From IMG/VR virus record IMGVR_UViG_3300030330_005139: 64,000 nucleotides of DNA; one strand, 5' to 3'. The stretch's first letter is position 1. Each line of letters begins with the position of its first letter. The position numbers and the translations under genes were made by a program. Below, one piece after another: positions 1 through 8,964 of the stretch. The DNA comes from a virus (lineage: Duplodnaviria; Caudoviricetes). The notes beneath the pieces are model-generated. The model saw only the letters and a list, made by a program, of their open reading frames with translations, was not told the origin of the DNA and did not search any database.

Positions 1-384
1 GAGGATTCCTCTGATAAGTATCTTGCTAAGAGACGTAAGGCAATTGCCAAGTCCATGGGTAAGAAGGAGGATGTGAAGGAGGCCAGAAATCCTGGTGAGA
101 CTCCTAGTTCGATGAAAGAAGGTATTGACTTCAAGGGTGCTAAGCGTATTGATGATGCCCGTAAAGCCAAGCGTGAGGCCCTCTACAAGAAGTCTCCTTC
201 TACCAAGCAAAAGGACCTGATGAAGGGTAAGTTCCGCCCTGGTGCTTCTGACGAGGAGCGCAAGTCTGGCTACCGCGATATCATGAAGGAAAAGGGCACC
301 CAACCTATCAAGGATGGTAAGCCTATGTTCAACAAAGAAGAACTGGAAGCCATTCAGGCAAAGGTTGATTCCTGGGAAGACTGA
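1..384 (+). CDS. 3' part of a Lys/Glu-rich probable internal head protein (5'-truncated by the window)
   Basis: Frame +1 is open from base 1 (EDSSDKYLAKRRKAIAKSMGKK...). Charged low-complexity composition with VKE/MKE motifs resembling gp21 cleavage sites. Confidence 0.6.
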   Translation, partial: EDSSDKYLAKRRKAIAKSMGKKEDVKEARNPGETPSSMKEGIDFKGAKRIDDARKAKREALYKKSPSTKQKDLMKGKFRPGASDEERKSGYRDIMKEKGTQPIKDGKPMFNKEELEAIQAKVDSWED

Positions 385-402
385 TAAACTGGAGGGTCGG
401 TA

Positions 403-2439
403 ATGAGAGACGTTTTTAAGTATTTCAAATACGCAAGATCCGTCCAACAAGATGTTCTCGCTGAGAGCACAACTTCTGAAAGAGCCCATGAACTCGGTTA
501 TGAATATCGGTCTCGTGGTGTCTGGTTAGACCCACGGACCGGTAAGAGGTATCGTGCTCAGGGAACTCAGTTCAGGGAAATTGATGTTGCACAACCAGTA
601 GAAAGAGAACCAGCAGCCGAAGAAGAACCAACATCTGAGAGAGAACCCGAACAACAGGGACAAGAAGAGGGTGGTGAGGAACAAGTTTCATCCAATCCTC
701 AGGTCAACAGAGTTGTTCCTGGTGGACCCACCGACTCTGTCGTTGCTTCTGGAGATCAATCAAGAGTTGAAAAACAACTCTCAAGAGGAAGAGAACAAGT
801 ACAAAGTGCAGAGAGAAAGGCACAGATCAAAGCTCAGGCAGCTGCTTTGATTGCTGCAGACAGGGCTAAGAGACAGGCTGAAGCTGATGCCGCTGCTGAA
901 GCAGAAGCACCAGAGGGTCTTGATGATCTTCTCAGTGACATCAGGGATGAGGAACCTGCGAAGAAACCAGAAGACTTCCCTACAATTGATCAGACTGTGG
1001 ATGAACTTGACTCAGAAGAGAAGAGTCAAGAAGAGATGGATGATGAGTTTGACACAGAGTTTGAGCAGTTCACTAAAGATAGAGAAGAGATGATGAGGGA
1101 TCTGACGGCACGTCAGAGAGCCATCATGGAGAAGAAGTTTGGAAGATTCACTGAGAGTCTGAAGAACATTCCTTCTGCATCTGATAAGAAATCATTCCTC
1201 CAGTCGATGGCTCATGCCAAGACATATGAGGGAAGAGTGAACGCAGGTGCTGGTAAGAATAATCTTGGTTATGCTGACATCCAGAATCTTATGGCAAACC
1301 GTGACAGACTCATAAAAGGTTATGGTGATGGGTCACCACAACAAATCAAGAAGTTTGTTCAATCTGTCAGATCAAATAAAGTCTCTGATGAGTTTGTTGA
1401 TGCTTCATTTGACGTTCTTCCAGAAGCATTTAAGAAGTCTCTGACTGGTAAAGGTCAGGTTACTAACGATAAATATGTTTCGGATGACAAGGCACATAAG
1501 GACATCCACTATCTTGGTAAGAACGAAGATGGTAGTGTGAAGAGAGGAGCAGCAAGTAATAAAGACAGAGCTAAGTTGATGTGGAGGATCTACCTAGAAC
1601 AGGGTGGTCGTGACGCATATACAGGTCTCCCATTGGACCTACAAGCCATGGACCTTGAACACGTTCGTGGTTTTAATAACAAAGATGGTGGCGCGCCTGG
1701 TAAAAAAGAGTGGGAACAGAGAGAAAATGATGACAACATGACTCTCATCAACTCAAACATCAACCAGAAGAAGGTTGATCTTTCGATGGAAGATTTCTTT
1801 AAGAGAGAAGTTGATCCTAATAAGAATAAGTCTGAAGAGGACTTTGGTGGAATTGAGAAACTGTTTGAGAAACAGAATCAAATTGGAACAGTTGGTGAAC
1901 AACTGGCAAAAACCCTTTTGGGTGAGGGCGGTAAGGGACTTGGTAACGAAGTGACCAGAGAACTCTTGACAGAACACTTCGGTGCTGATGACACCAGATA
2001 CACTGAACTCAGAGACGAGTTTAGAAAGGTCGCAACTGAAGACAAAGATAAGAAGAAAGCTGCAGGAATGAAATCCAAATTGGGTAAGACACTCCTTAAA
2101 GCAACTGGATTGTCTCGTGGTATCACTGACCCATCAGGCAGAAGAACAGTGGCACTCCAGGAGAATGTTTATCGTGGGTTCCTTCAGTCAATGGCTGGAG
2201 CAAAACCAGCAGACCGTCAGAGATATATGGATGGTTGGGCTGAAGCCATCAAGGCTGGTAACGAAGAAAGAAGTCCAAAGGCAGTCAATCGTAAGTTGGT
2301 TGAACTGGGTCTGATTGATGAGGATATCTTGAACGATAAGAAGGCTGGACGAGTGTTCAAGGAGGAACTGGAAGAGTTGACAAAACCATCAGGACGCGAT
2401 ATAATTGAAAGACTAAAGAGGTCCCTTAGAGACTTTTGA
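403..2439 (+). CDS. Large HNH endonuclease (Cas9-type HNH motif) with internal-head-protein-like N-terminus
   Basis: IYLEQGGRDAYTGLPLD..MDLEHV..ENDDNMTLINSNINQKK matches the Cas9/HNH pattern QxGRDxYxG..D(H)..N..L...N..K. Acidic linker and VLAE site near the N-terminus. Confidence 0.75.
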   Translation: MRDVFKYFKYARSVQQDVLAESTTSERAHELGYEYRSRGVWLDPRTGKRYRAQGTQFREIDVAQPVEREPAAEEEPTSEREPEQQGQEEGGEEQVSSNPQVNRVVPGGPTDSVVASGDQSRVEKQLSRGREQVQSAERKAQIKAQAAALIAADRAKRQAEADAAAEAEAPEGLDDLLSDIRDEEPAKKPEDFPTIDQTVDELDSEEKSQEEMDDEFDTEFEQFTKDREEMMRDLTARQRAIMEKKFGRFTESLKNIPSASDKKSFLQSMAHAKTYEGRVNAGAGKNNLGYADIQNLMANRDRLIKGYGDGSPQQIKKFVQSVRSNKVSDEFVDASFDVLPEAFKKSLTGKGQVTNDKYVSDDKAHKDIHYLGKNEDGSVKRGAASNKDRAKLMWRIYLEQGGRDAYTGLPLDLQAMDLEHVRGFNNKDGGAPGKKEWEQRENDDNMTLINSNINQKKVDLSMEDFFKREVDPNKNKSEEDFGGIEKLFEKQNQIGTVGEQLAKTLLGEGGKGLGNEVTRELLTEHFGADDTRYTELRDEFRKVATEDKDKKKAAGMKSKLGKTLLKATGLSRGITDPSGRRTVALQENVYRGFLQSMAGAKPADRQRYMDGWAEAIKAGNEERSPKAVNRKLVELGLIDEDILNDKKAGRVFKEELEELTKPSGRDIIERLKRSLRDF

Positions 2440-2445
2440 TTTTTG

Positions 2446-3318
2446 ATGTCCAAACTTTCTGAATCAATTGATGATGCTTACTTCACTTGTCCAGAGGATG
2501 TTGAGTTTGTTCATGACAAGCTGAGGGAGTCTGATTGGTTGGGTGGAAGCATTCTGGAACCTTGTGCTGGTGCTGGTCGTCTGGTAAAGGGACTTGAGAA
2601 CGTTCAGATGTGGGACCTCAATCAATATGATGTCCCTCTCGATCGTGTGGGTAATTTTCTTGACCAACCCGCAAATGAGAGATTTGATCTTGTTCTAACT
2701 AATCCTCCCTTTGGGTGGTTGGGTCATCTTGCCGGAGACATCTTCAACAAGGCAACTCAGTTCGCTGATCGGATTGCAATCATTCTTCCTCAATGTTATA
2801 GGAAGGTTCAGAGAATTGATAAGATCAATGAGATGTGGCACCCTGTTGGTGACTTCGATCTTCCAAATCAAGAGTACATTCTCCCTGATGGTCAACGTAA
2901 GTTTGTAAGAACTTGCTTCCAGATGTGGGAGAAACGTGATTACAAACGCAAAAAGTTTGGAAACACATCTTACCATGAGTTCTTCCGTCAAGTTCCCAAA
3001 GATCAGGCAGAATATTATCTCAGAACACAAGGATCCTCAGCTGGAAGAATTCTTGAAGGTCTCAAGTATCCTGATGGTCGTGAGTACAACTCCAACTCAG
3101 GTCGATGGATGGCTGGGGGTAAGGAAACCATCCTTAAATATGATTGGACCAAGGTTGCAAGATTTGCATCTGGTGCCCAATCCATTGGTCTCCATGACAT
3201 TGCTTGGGGGCTTCGATCTCCTAACACTGAAGAATACCTAATCCATGGTATAATGTATGATCTAATTAACGGTGTTTACGATCAACAACCTGAAAACAAC
3301 CTCATGAAATACTTCTGA
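2446..3318 (+). CDS. DNA adenine N6-methyltransferase (gamma-type motif order)
   Basis: Motif X YFT, SAM motif ILEPCAGAG, then catalytic NPPF. ATG at 2446. Confidence 0.85.
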   Translation: MSKLSESIDDAYFTCPEDVEFVHDKLRESDWLGGSILEPCAGAGRLVKGLENVQMWDLNQYDVPLDRVGNFLDQPANERFDLVLTNPPFGWLGHLAGDIFNKATQFADRIAIILPQCYRKVQRIDKINEMWHPVGDFDLPNQEYILPDGQRKFVRTCFQMWEKRDYKRKKFGNTSYHEFFRQVPKDQAEYYLRTQGSSAGRILEGLKYPDGREYNSNSGRWMAGGKETILKYDWTKVARFASGAQSIGLHDIAWGLRSPNTEEYLIHGIMYDLINGVYDQQPENNLMKYF

Positions 3319-3320
3319 TA

Positions 3321-4172
3321 ATGACACTCGAAATCAACAAAACCCATTTGATGTCTAACATTGATGGATGTGAACAGATGGACCCAGAGTCTGTCAATCT
3401 GGTCGTCACTTCTCCACCTTATGATAACCTGAGAGAGTACAATGACTCCTCCACCTGGAACTTTGATGTGTTCAAGCAGGTTGCTGATGGACTCATTCGT
3501 GTTCTGAAACCAGGTGGTGTCATTGCATGGAATGTTGCTGATGCCATCGTTGAACTTCACAAGAAGCAAGGAACTTCAAGGACTGGTTCTTCGTTTCGTC
3601 AGTGTCTTTACTTCCAAGAACAGGGACTGAACTTCCATGACCTGATCATTTACGAGAAACCAGCTGCTCGTTTCTCTGCTTCTGCCACTGGTCTTCGTTA
3701 CTCTGATGTGTTTGAGTATGTCTTCATCATGACGAAGGGGAAACCAGACCACATGCAAGTGATTGCGGATAAGAAGAACAAAGGGTTTGGAACAACCTTC
3801 ACCAAAGATGGTGGAAGAAACAAGGATGGAACCCGTAATCGTGATGCTGAGAAGACACAGATTGCTGTGAAGGAGTTTGGTGTTCGTCACAACATCTGGA
3901 GGATCAACAACTCATGTGGAGCTCACGGGATGCCTAAGGAGGCTTACGAACACCCAGCTCTGATGCCACAGGAACTGGCAGATGACCTGATCCGTTCTTA
4001 CTCTCGTGAAGGTGACCTGGTGTTGGATCCGTTCATGGGTTCCGGAACAACAGCAAGAATGGCTTTCAAGAACAATCGTGATTACATTGGGTTTGAGATT
4101 GACCCCACTTACCATGAGTTGTGTGTCAATCTCAACGCTTCGGAATGTAACTCCGTGTTTGACAAACTCTAA
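3321..4172 (+). CDS. DNA N4-cytosine/N6-adenine methyltransferase (beta class)
   Basis: N-terminal VTSPPY, HPA..P and C-terminal VLDPFMGSGTT. Confidence 0.9.
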   Translation: MTLEINKTHLMSNIDGCEQMDPESVNLVVTSPPYDNLREYNDSSTWNFDVFKQVADGLIRVLKPGGVIAWNVADAIVELHKKQGTSRTGSSFRQCLYFQEQGLNFHDLIIYEKPAARFSASATGLRYSDVFEYVFIMTKGKPDHMQVIADKKNKGFGTTFTKDGGRNKDGTRNRDAEKTQIAVKEFGVRHNIWRINNSCGAHGMPKEAYEHPALMPQELADDLIRSYSREGDLVLDPFMGSGTTARMAFKNNRDYIGFEIDPTYHELCVNLNASECNSVFDKL

Positions 4173-4187
4173 AACATCTGTTAGTAT
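4159..4187 (+). promoter_or_regulatory. sigma70-type early promoter for the sigma factor gene
   Basis: TTGACA (4159-4164), 17 bp spacer, TGn-TAGTAT (4182-4187). Confidence 0.7.
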
Positions 4188-4209
4188 AAAACTCCATTAC
4201 ACATCACCC

Positions 4210-4911
4210 ATGCAATTCGCCAAACAAATTGACCACGTCGAAGAGATCGAACTTTGTAAGAAGGCACAACAAGGAGGCGATGATGGCGAGAGGGCTAAGA
4301 GTATAGTGGTCAATGCCAATCTTGGTTTGGTTGCTCACATTGCAAAGAAGAACTATTACAAGAACGATCAATATTCCTTTGACGATCTCTTTCAGGAGGG
4401 AGTATTTGGTCTTGTTCGAGCAATCGAAAAGTTCGATCCAACAGAGGGTTGTCGGTTCTCAACTTATTCTTATTACTGGATCTATGCTTTTATCAGCAGG
4501 TTCAAGAATAACAACAGGGGAAGCATCCGTCTTCCTCTTCATGTCACTGACAAGATGAGGACTCTTGAGAAGAAGGACAAGGTTGCCTTTGAGGAATACA
4601 AGTCCAAGATTCCTGTGGCAGTCTCTCTGAATAAGATGATTAGTGACTCCACTTCTATCTTGGACTTGGTTTCTGATGAAGATGAGACAAATATTCTTGA
4701 TCGAATTGACAATGAACTTCTGATGGAACAGATCAAAGAACTTCTTTCTGAGAAAGAGTTTGATGTTCTTTGTAATCGTTATGGTCTTGAGGGACGAGAA
4801 CAGAAGACTCATCGTGAATGTGCCAAGATTTATGGAGTCTCTCACACAGCAGTTTATCTGATTGAGAAGAAGGCTTTTGAGAAAATTAGGAAAACATTTG
4901 CCACTAAATAA
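4210..4911 (+). CDS. RNA polymerase sigma70-family factor (RpoD/RpoS-like, not gp55)
   Basis: Region 2 NLGLVAHIAKK..DDLFQEGVFGLVRAIEKFDP..RFSTYSYYWI, SIRLP, and region 4 HTH. Start placed at ATG 4210, downstream of the promoter. Confidence 0.9.
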   Translation: MQFAKQIDHVEEIELCKKAQQGGDDGERAKSIVVNANLGLVAHIAKKNYYKNDQYSFDDLFQEGVFGLVRAIEKFDPTEGCRFSTYSYYWIYAFISRFKNNNRGSIRLPLHVTDKMRTLEKKDKVAFEEYKSKIPVAVSLNKMISDSTSILDLVSDEDETNILDRIDNELLMEQIKELLSEKEFDVLCNRYGLEGREQKTHRECAKIYGVSHTAVYLIEKKAFEKIRKTFATK

Positions 4912-4938
4912 TAAAAACACTGAGTGTAAGTGTAGAAA

Positions 4939-6183
4939 GTGATGAAAAGTTTTCTGAATTTCTTCTCCGAAGCAAGGGTCACCCGTGCTGCTCAAGAAGC
5001 GAAGAGGAAGGGTCTGACTTATCAGGATGGTTATTGGGTAGACAGATCTGGTAAGAGGGTCGCAAGAACAGAGAATGGGGAGCTCAAGATTCTCTCAGCG
5101 AGAGAGGCTGCACAGGAGGAGGAACCCACCCAAGAGAGAAAACCAGAATCTGAAGGTGAGGTTCAACAGCAGCGTCCTGGTGGAGAGGTTGAGCAACCCA
5201 AAGAGAAGAGAAAGGGGAAAGATATGACCATTGTGTTTGGGAGATTTAACCCTCCCACAATTGGACACAAGTTGGTTCTTGATAAGGCTTCATCTCTCCC
5301 TGGAGACTATGTGGTTTATCCTTCGAGATCGAATGATCCTCAGAAGAATCCTCTTGAACCCGCTGAGAAGACGGAAATCATGAAGAAGATGTTCCCTCAG
5401 CATTCTGACTCCATTGTCAATGATGAAAGCATCAGAACAATCTTTGATGCTCTTAAAGTTGCAGATGAAGAGGGTTACACAAATGTAAATATCGTTGTTG
5501 GTTCTGACAGGATCTCCGAGTTTGATTCATTGGCTCAGAAGTATAACGGAGAGATGTATAACTTCGAAGAGATCAACACGATCTCTGCTGGTGAAAGAGA
5601 TGAGGAAGAGGCTGGTGTTGGTGGAATGTCAGCATCTAAGATGAGAAAGGCTGCAGCTGAAGATGACTTTGAGTCTTTCAGGCAAGGAACTCCAGAAGAG
5701 ATGGAGGACAAAGATGTTAGGTCTTTGATGAATCTTCTGAGAAAGAGAATGAATGTTACAGAAGGTTGGAACTTGTGGGAGATTGCTCCTAAGTTTGATT
5801 GGAAAAACCTTCGTGAGAATTATGTAACTGGTAAGATTTTTAATCTGGATCAGATTGTGGAGAGTCTGAAGACAGGTTTGATTGGAAAGGTAATCAGAAG
5901 AGGAACTAATTATCTGATCTGTGTGACAGAAGAGGATGTTATGTTCAAGTCTTGGATTCGTGATCTTAAAGAGTACACTGAAGTCAAGATGGATCGTAAG
6001 ATGAGAACAAAGGATAAGCCAAACACTCTTGAGGGAACTGGTGGTTACTTTAAGAACGCAGCTGCAATTACTCCTGGGTTTGAAAATGGTGATAATACTA
6101 ACCTTCAACCAGGTGGTAAGCCTTACAAAGGTTATCAGAAGCAAACAGTCAAGGAATTCATAAATAAGTTTAGGAAAAAGTAA
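4939..6183 (+). CDS. Cytidylyltransferase/NMNAT-like HIGH-superfamily nucleotidyltransferase, probably packaged
   Basis: FGRFNPPTIGH (HxGH), VVGSDR and MSASKMR motifs. N-terminal MKSFLNFFSE. Late promoter CTAAATA upstream. Confidence 0.85.
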   Translation: MMKSFLNFFSEARVTRAAQEAKRKGLTYQDGYWVDRSGKRVARTENGELKILSAREAAQEEEPTQERKPESEGEVQQQRPGGEVEQPKEKRKGKDMTIVFGRFNPPTIGHKLVLDKASSLPGDYVVYPSRSNDPQKNPLEPAEKTEIMKKMFPQHSDSIVNDESIRTIFDALKVADEEGYTNVNIVVGSDRISEFDSLAQKYNGEMYNFEEINTISAGERDEEEAGVGGMSASKMRKAAAEDDFESFRQGTPEEMEDKDVRSLMNLLRKRMNVTEGWNLWEIAPKFDWKNLRENYVTGKIFNLDQIVESLKTGLIGKVIRRGTNYLICVTEEDVMFKSWIRDLKEYTEVKMDRKMRTKDKPNTLEGTGGYFKNAAAITPGFENGDNTNLQPGGKPYKGYQKQTVKEFINKFRKK

Positions 6184-6198
6184 GATCTAAATTCAATC

Positions 6199-7485
6199 AT
6201 GAATAACCCTCTTAATGAGATTTCCAAAGTGTATCTTGAACAGGTACTTTCGGAAGAAAAGATTGTTGCTGAAAGTGTTTTTCAAGAACTCCTGGAAGAA
6301 GGATTTGAAGAGTCCGATATCAGAGAGGCCATTGATGGTGTCTTGACAGAGGTTTCTAGTAGTTATTATGATTCGGCTGTCAAAGCTTCTAAGAAGAAAT
6401 CAAACGAACTCAAGAGAAAGGAGTTCATGAGTAAGGTGAGAGGTCGTCTCGCTAATGCTCAAGTTGCTGCTTATAATAAAGGAAGAGAACTCAAACAGAA
6501 AGCTGGTGACACAATCAATAGAGCAAAACAGAGTGCAGCCGGTAAAGTTTTTCGGGCGAAGAAAGCTCCTGAGAAAGTGAAGAAGGGACTGAAGGGATTC
6601 ATCAAGAAGCAAGCAGAGAAGGTTGTTAATAGAATGTCGGAAGATTATTCTGACTGGAGAAGTGATCTGATTGAAGTCAGTGGTTACTCTTATGCCAACA
6701 CAACTGGTGCTGTTCCAACCAAAACCAAGAAGAGTGAGGAGTTAGATCAGGAAATTACAGTCAAGAATGTCAAGAATAAGGTTGTAATCAATCCAAACAT
6801 GAGAGAGGAGTTCGCCTCGATGGGTGCGGAAGTTCTCGAAGTTTCTGAGATCGATGAAAAGATTAACATGAGAACGGCAGATGTCGGGGATGTCGTCAAG
6901 GATTTTTATAAGTCTGATGCTCCTCAGTTCAAAGGTAAGTCAAAAGAGAAGAGACGCCAAATGGCGATCGCTGCTAAACTTGAAGCTGAAGATCAGAATG
7001 AGGAATTCACTCTTGAAGATGTGATTGAGTTTCTTGTCACTGAGGGATATGTTTGGGATCGTGCTGGTGCCGAGAAGATGCTTGAGGAAGCTTCTGAAAC
7101 GGAAATGGAACTGATTTTCGAAACATTCATCAACGAAGCCAAAACGGACAAGGAAGGTAACGACAAGTTTGATCGTTACAAGCGAATGGTTCGACACAAG
7201 CAGGATAAGTACGGAGTTTCTACTTTGAAGCAACGTCTGATGACTGGTGCTGATCACAACATTGATAATGAAAAGAAGGCAAAAGCCATGGGTGAAGCAC
7301 TGAGTGTAGATGATCAGATGAAAATCTCTCGTGAGGCAGCAAAGAAGAGAAATCCTAACCCTGACCACAAGGCAATTCGTGCCAAGATGATGCAGAAACC
7401 TCTTCCTAAGGACACAAGAACAGATGCTCAGAAGATGACTGACGCAACTGGTCCTCGCCCTGGTTCAAACTACAGAGGTGACTGA
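6199..7485 (+). CDS. Probable internal head (prohead-core-like) protein
   Basis: Many (L/I/V/F)xE motifs, highly charged, late promoter ATAAATA upstream. Confidence 0.6.
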   Translation: MNNPLNEISKVYLEQVLSEEKIVAESVFQELLEEGFEESDIREAIDGVLTEVSSSYYDSAVKASKKKSNELKRKEFMSKVRGRLANAQVAAYNKGRELKQKAGDTINRAKQSAAGKVFRAKKAPEKVKKGLKGFIKKQAEKVVNRMSEDYSDWRSDLIEVSGYSYANTTGAVPTKTKKSEELDQEITVKNVKNKVVINPNMREEFASMGAEVLEVSEIDEKINMRTADVGDVVKDFYKSDAPQFKGKSKEKRRQMAIAAKLEAEDQNEEFTLEDVIEFLVTEGYVWDRAGAEKMLEEASETEMELIFETFINEAKTDKEGNDKFDRYKRMVRHKQDKYGVSTLKQRLMTGADHNIDNEKKAKAMGEALSVDDQMKISREAAKKRNPNPDHKAIRAKMMQKPLPKDTRTDAQKMTDATGPRPGSNYRGD

Positions 7486-8165
7486 TGAAAAAATGCAAAC
7501 CTGGACAATACTATTGTTACACCGACAAGAAGTGTAAACCAATTCCTAGGGGATTCAAGGTAGTTGGTCGTGCTGGTTATCTTCGCAAAGAAAATGGTCA
7601 CTCTGTTGACGATGAACCAAAAAATGGTAACGGCAATGGTAATGGAAATGGTAACGGCAATGGAAATGGAAATGGTAACGGCAACGGAAATGGTAATGGA
7701 AGTGGGAACGGCAATGGAAATGGTGGAAATGGTAATGGTGGTGGTATGAGCGAGGAATCAAATCCTCGTATTCCTAGAAAGAAGGGACAACCTGCAAATT
7801 CTAAGAAACACTCTGATCTTTATACTGATGAGAATCCAAAAGGAACCATTCATGGTTTAGGGTTCAAAGATGTTGCGACTGCTAAATCGAGCGTTTCTAA
7901 GATTAAAAAGTCAAGTCGTTCTCATGCTCACAAAATCCAGGCAGCAGTTGCTATGGAACAAAGAGCAAGAGAGATGGGTAAGACTTCTGAAGCAGCTGTC
8001 TATAGAGCATTTATTAATGTGATGAAGAAAAAGACCAAGAAAATGAACGAGGGTTGGTCTGACAAATACAAAAAATCAATTGATTGTAACAATCCAAAGG
8101 GATTTTCTCAGAGGGCACATTGCCAAGGAAAGAAAAAGACCTTTAAAGAGTTTATGGGTGATTGA
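7485..8165 (+). CDS. Probable internal virion protein with (Gly-Asn)n linker
   Basis: Cys motif, NG repeat, HSDLYTDENPKGTI module, CNNPKGFSQRAHC module. Confidence 0.6.
   Translation: MKKCKPGQYYCYTDKKCKPIPRGFKVVGRAGYLRKENGHSVDDEPKNGNGNGNGNGNGNGNGNGNGNGNGNGSGNGNGNGGNGNGGGMSEESNPRIPRKKGQPANSKKHSDLYTDENPKGTIHGLGFKDVATAKSSVSKIKKSSRSHAHKIQAAVAMEQRAREMGKTSEAAVYRAFINVMKKKTKKMNEGWSDKYKKSIDCNNPKGFSQRAHCQGKKKTFKEFMGD
7623..7746 (+). repeat. Degenerate AAY-GGN hexamer repeat encoding poly(Asn-Gly)
   Basis: aatggtaacggcaatggtaatggaaatggt... read directly. Confidence 0.95.
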
Positions 8166-8194
8166 TAAATAACTAAAGATATTGGGTAACTATC

Positions 8195-8371
8195 ATGTGG
8201 GCACTTTTTCTTCCATTTGCACGCTCGGTCGTTCTTCACCTCGTTGATTCACCGAAAATCAAACTCTTGGTTGTAGAACTTCTCGAAGCACTGGTCGCAC
8301 GCACCGATAATAAACTCGATGACCTCGCTGTCGCTCAGGTACGCAAAGCCCTGATCGAAGAAGAGGCATGA
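8195..8371 (+). CDS. Small hypothetical protein (58 aa; not in ORF track)
   Basis: MWALFLPFARSVVLHLVDSPKIKLLVVELLEALVARTDNKLDDLAVAQVRKALIEEEA. Late promoter upstream, terminator downstream. Confidence 0.75.
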   Translation: MWALFLPFARSVVLHLVDSPKIKLLVVELLEALVARTDNKLDDLAVAQVRKALIEEEA

Positions 8372-8378
8372 TGATTGT

Positions 8379-8405
8379 GGGGACATCTTATGTGTCCTCA
8401 TTTTT
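8379..8405 (+). terminator. Intrinsic terminator
   Basis: GGGGACA/TGTCCTC stem plus T tract, overlapping the late promoter TATAAATA. Confidence 0.7.
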
Positions 8406-8447
8406 ATAAATATTCATTAGCACAGAAATTCTACTAAGGGCAAAGAC

Positions 8448-8957
8448 ATGGCACTTTGGGGCAATAACGACAATGTGACTTCCACCGGAACGGTCTCATT
8501 GAACTATGATACTGGTGTAGTTACTGGTTCCGGAACCACATTTGTAACCGATCTGACAGAGGGTCAGGTAATTCGTTTCGGTACAAGAGAAAACGTTTAT
8601 TTCGGTGATGCCGTAATTACTGGTATTACTAGTGCCACTCTTCTTACCATTGGTAGTACCGCTGGTCTGAGTGGAGCAGCAATCGCATCCACAGACTTCT
8701 CGGTGAGTGAACTTCCTAAGTCTTCGGTTTTGGATTCTACCTTCAGTGAAGTCAATGGTGATTTCGACAAGTACATGTACGGTGTCGCTGCTGAGGAAGT
8801 TTCTGATTCTGCTGGTGGTCAATATGAAACTGGCGCTGGTTGGGTTGGTGTTACCACTTACATGGACACCCACGGAAACCTCAGAGTGAAGAAGGAAGTT
8901 ATGGTTGCGATGTCTGGAATCACAACTGGAAATACTCCTCTCTATCCTCCTGCTTGA
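8448..8957 (+). CDS. Virion structural protein (Thr/Gly-rich, beta-strand)
   Basis: MALWGNND start, AGWVGVTTYMDTHGNLRVKKE C-terminus, late promoter. Confidence 0.65.
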   Translation: MALWGNNDNVTSTGTVSLNYDTGVVTGSGTTFVTDLTEGQVIRFGTRENVYFGDAVITGITSATLLTIGSTAGLSGAAIASTDFSVSELPKSSVLDSTFSEVNGDFDKYMYGVAAEEVSDSAGGQYETGAGWVGVTTYMDTHGNLRVKKEVMVAMSGITTGNTPLYPPA

Positions 8958-8964
8958 TATGTAA

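Noticed and set aside
403-2439. Cas9/IscB effector or CRISPR system
   Set aside because: Only the HNH motif is recognisable. I found no RuvC motifs, no repeat-spacer array and no non-coding space for a guide RNA next to the gene.
7555-7761. His-rich minus-strand ORF and alternate-frame MVM repeat ORF
   Set aside because: Both are by-products of the poly(NG) codon repeat.
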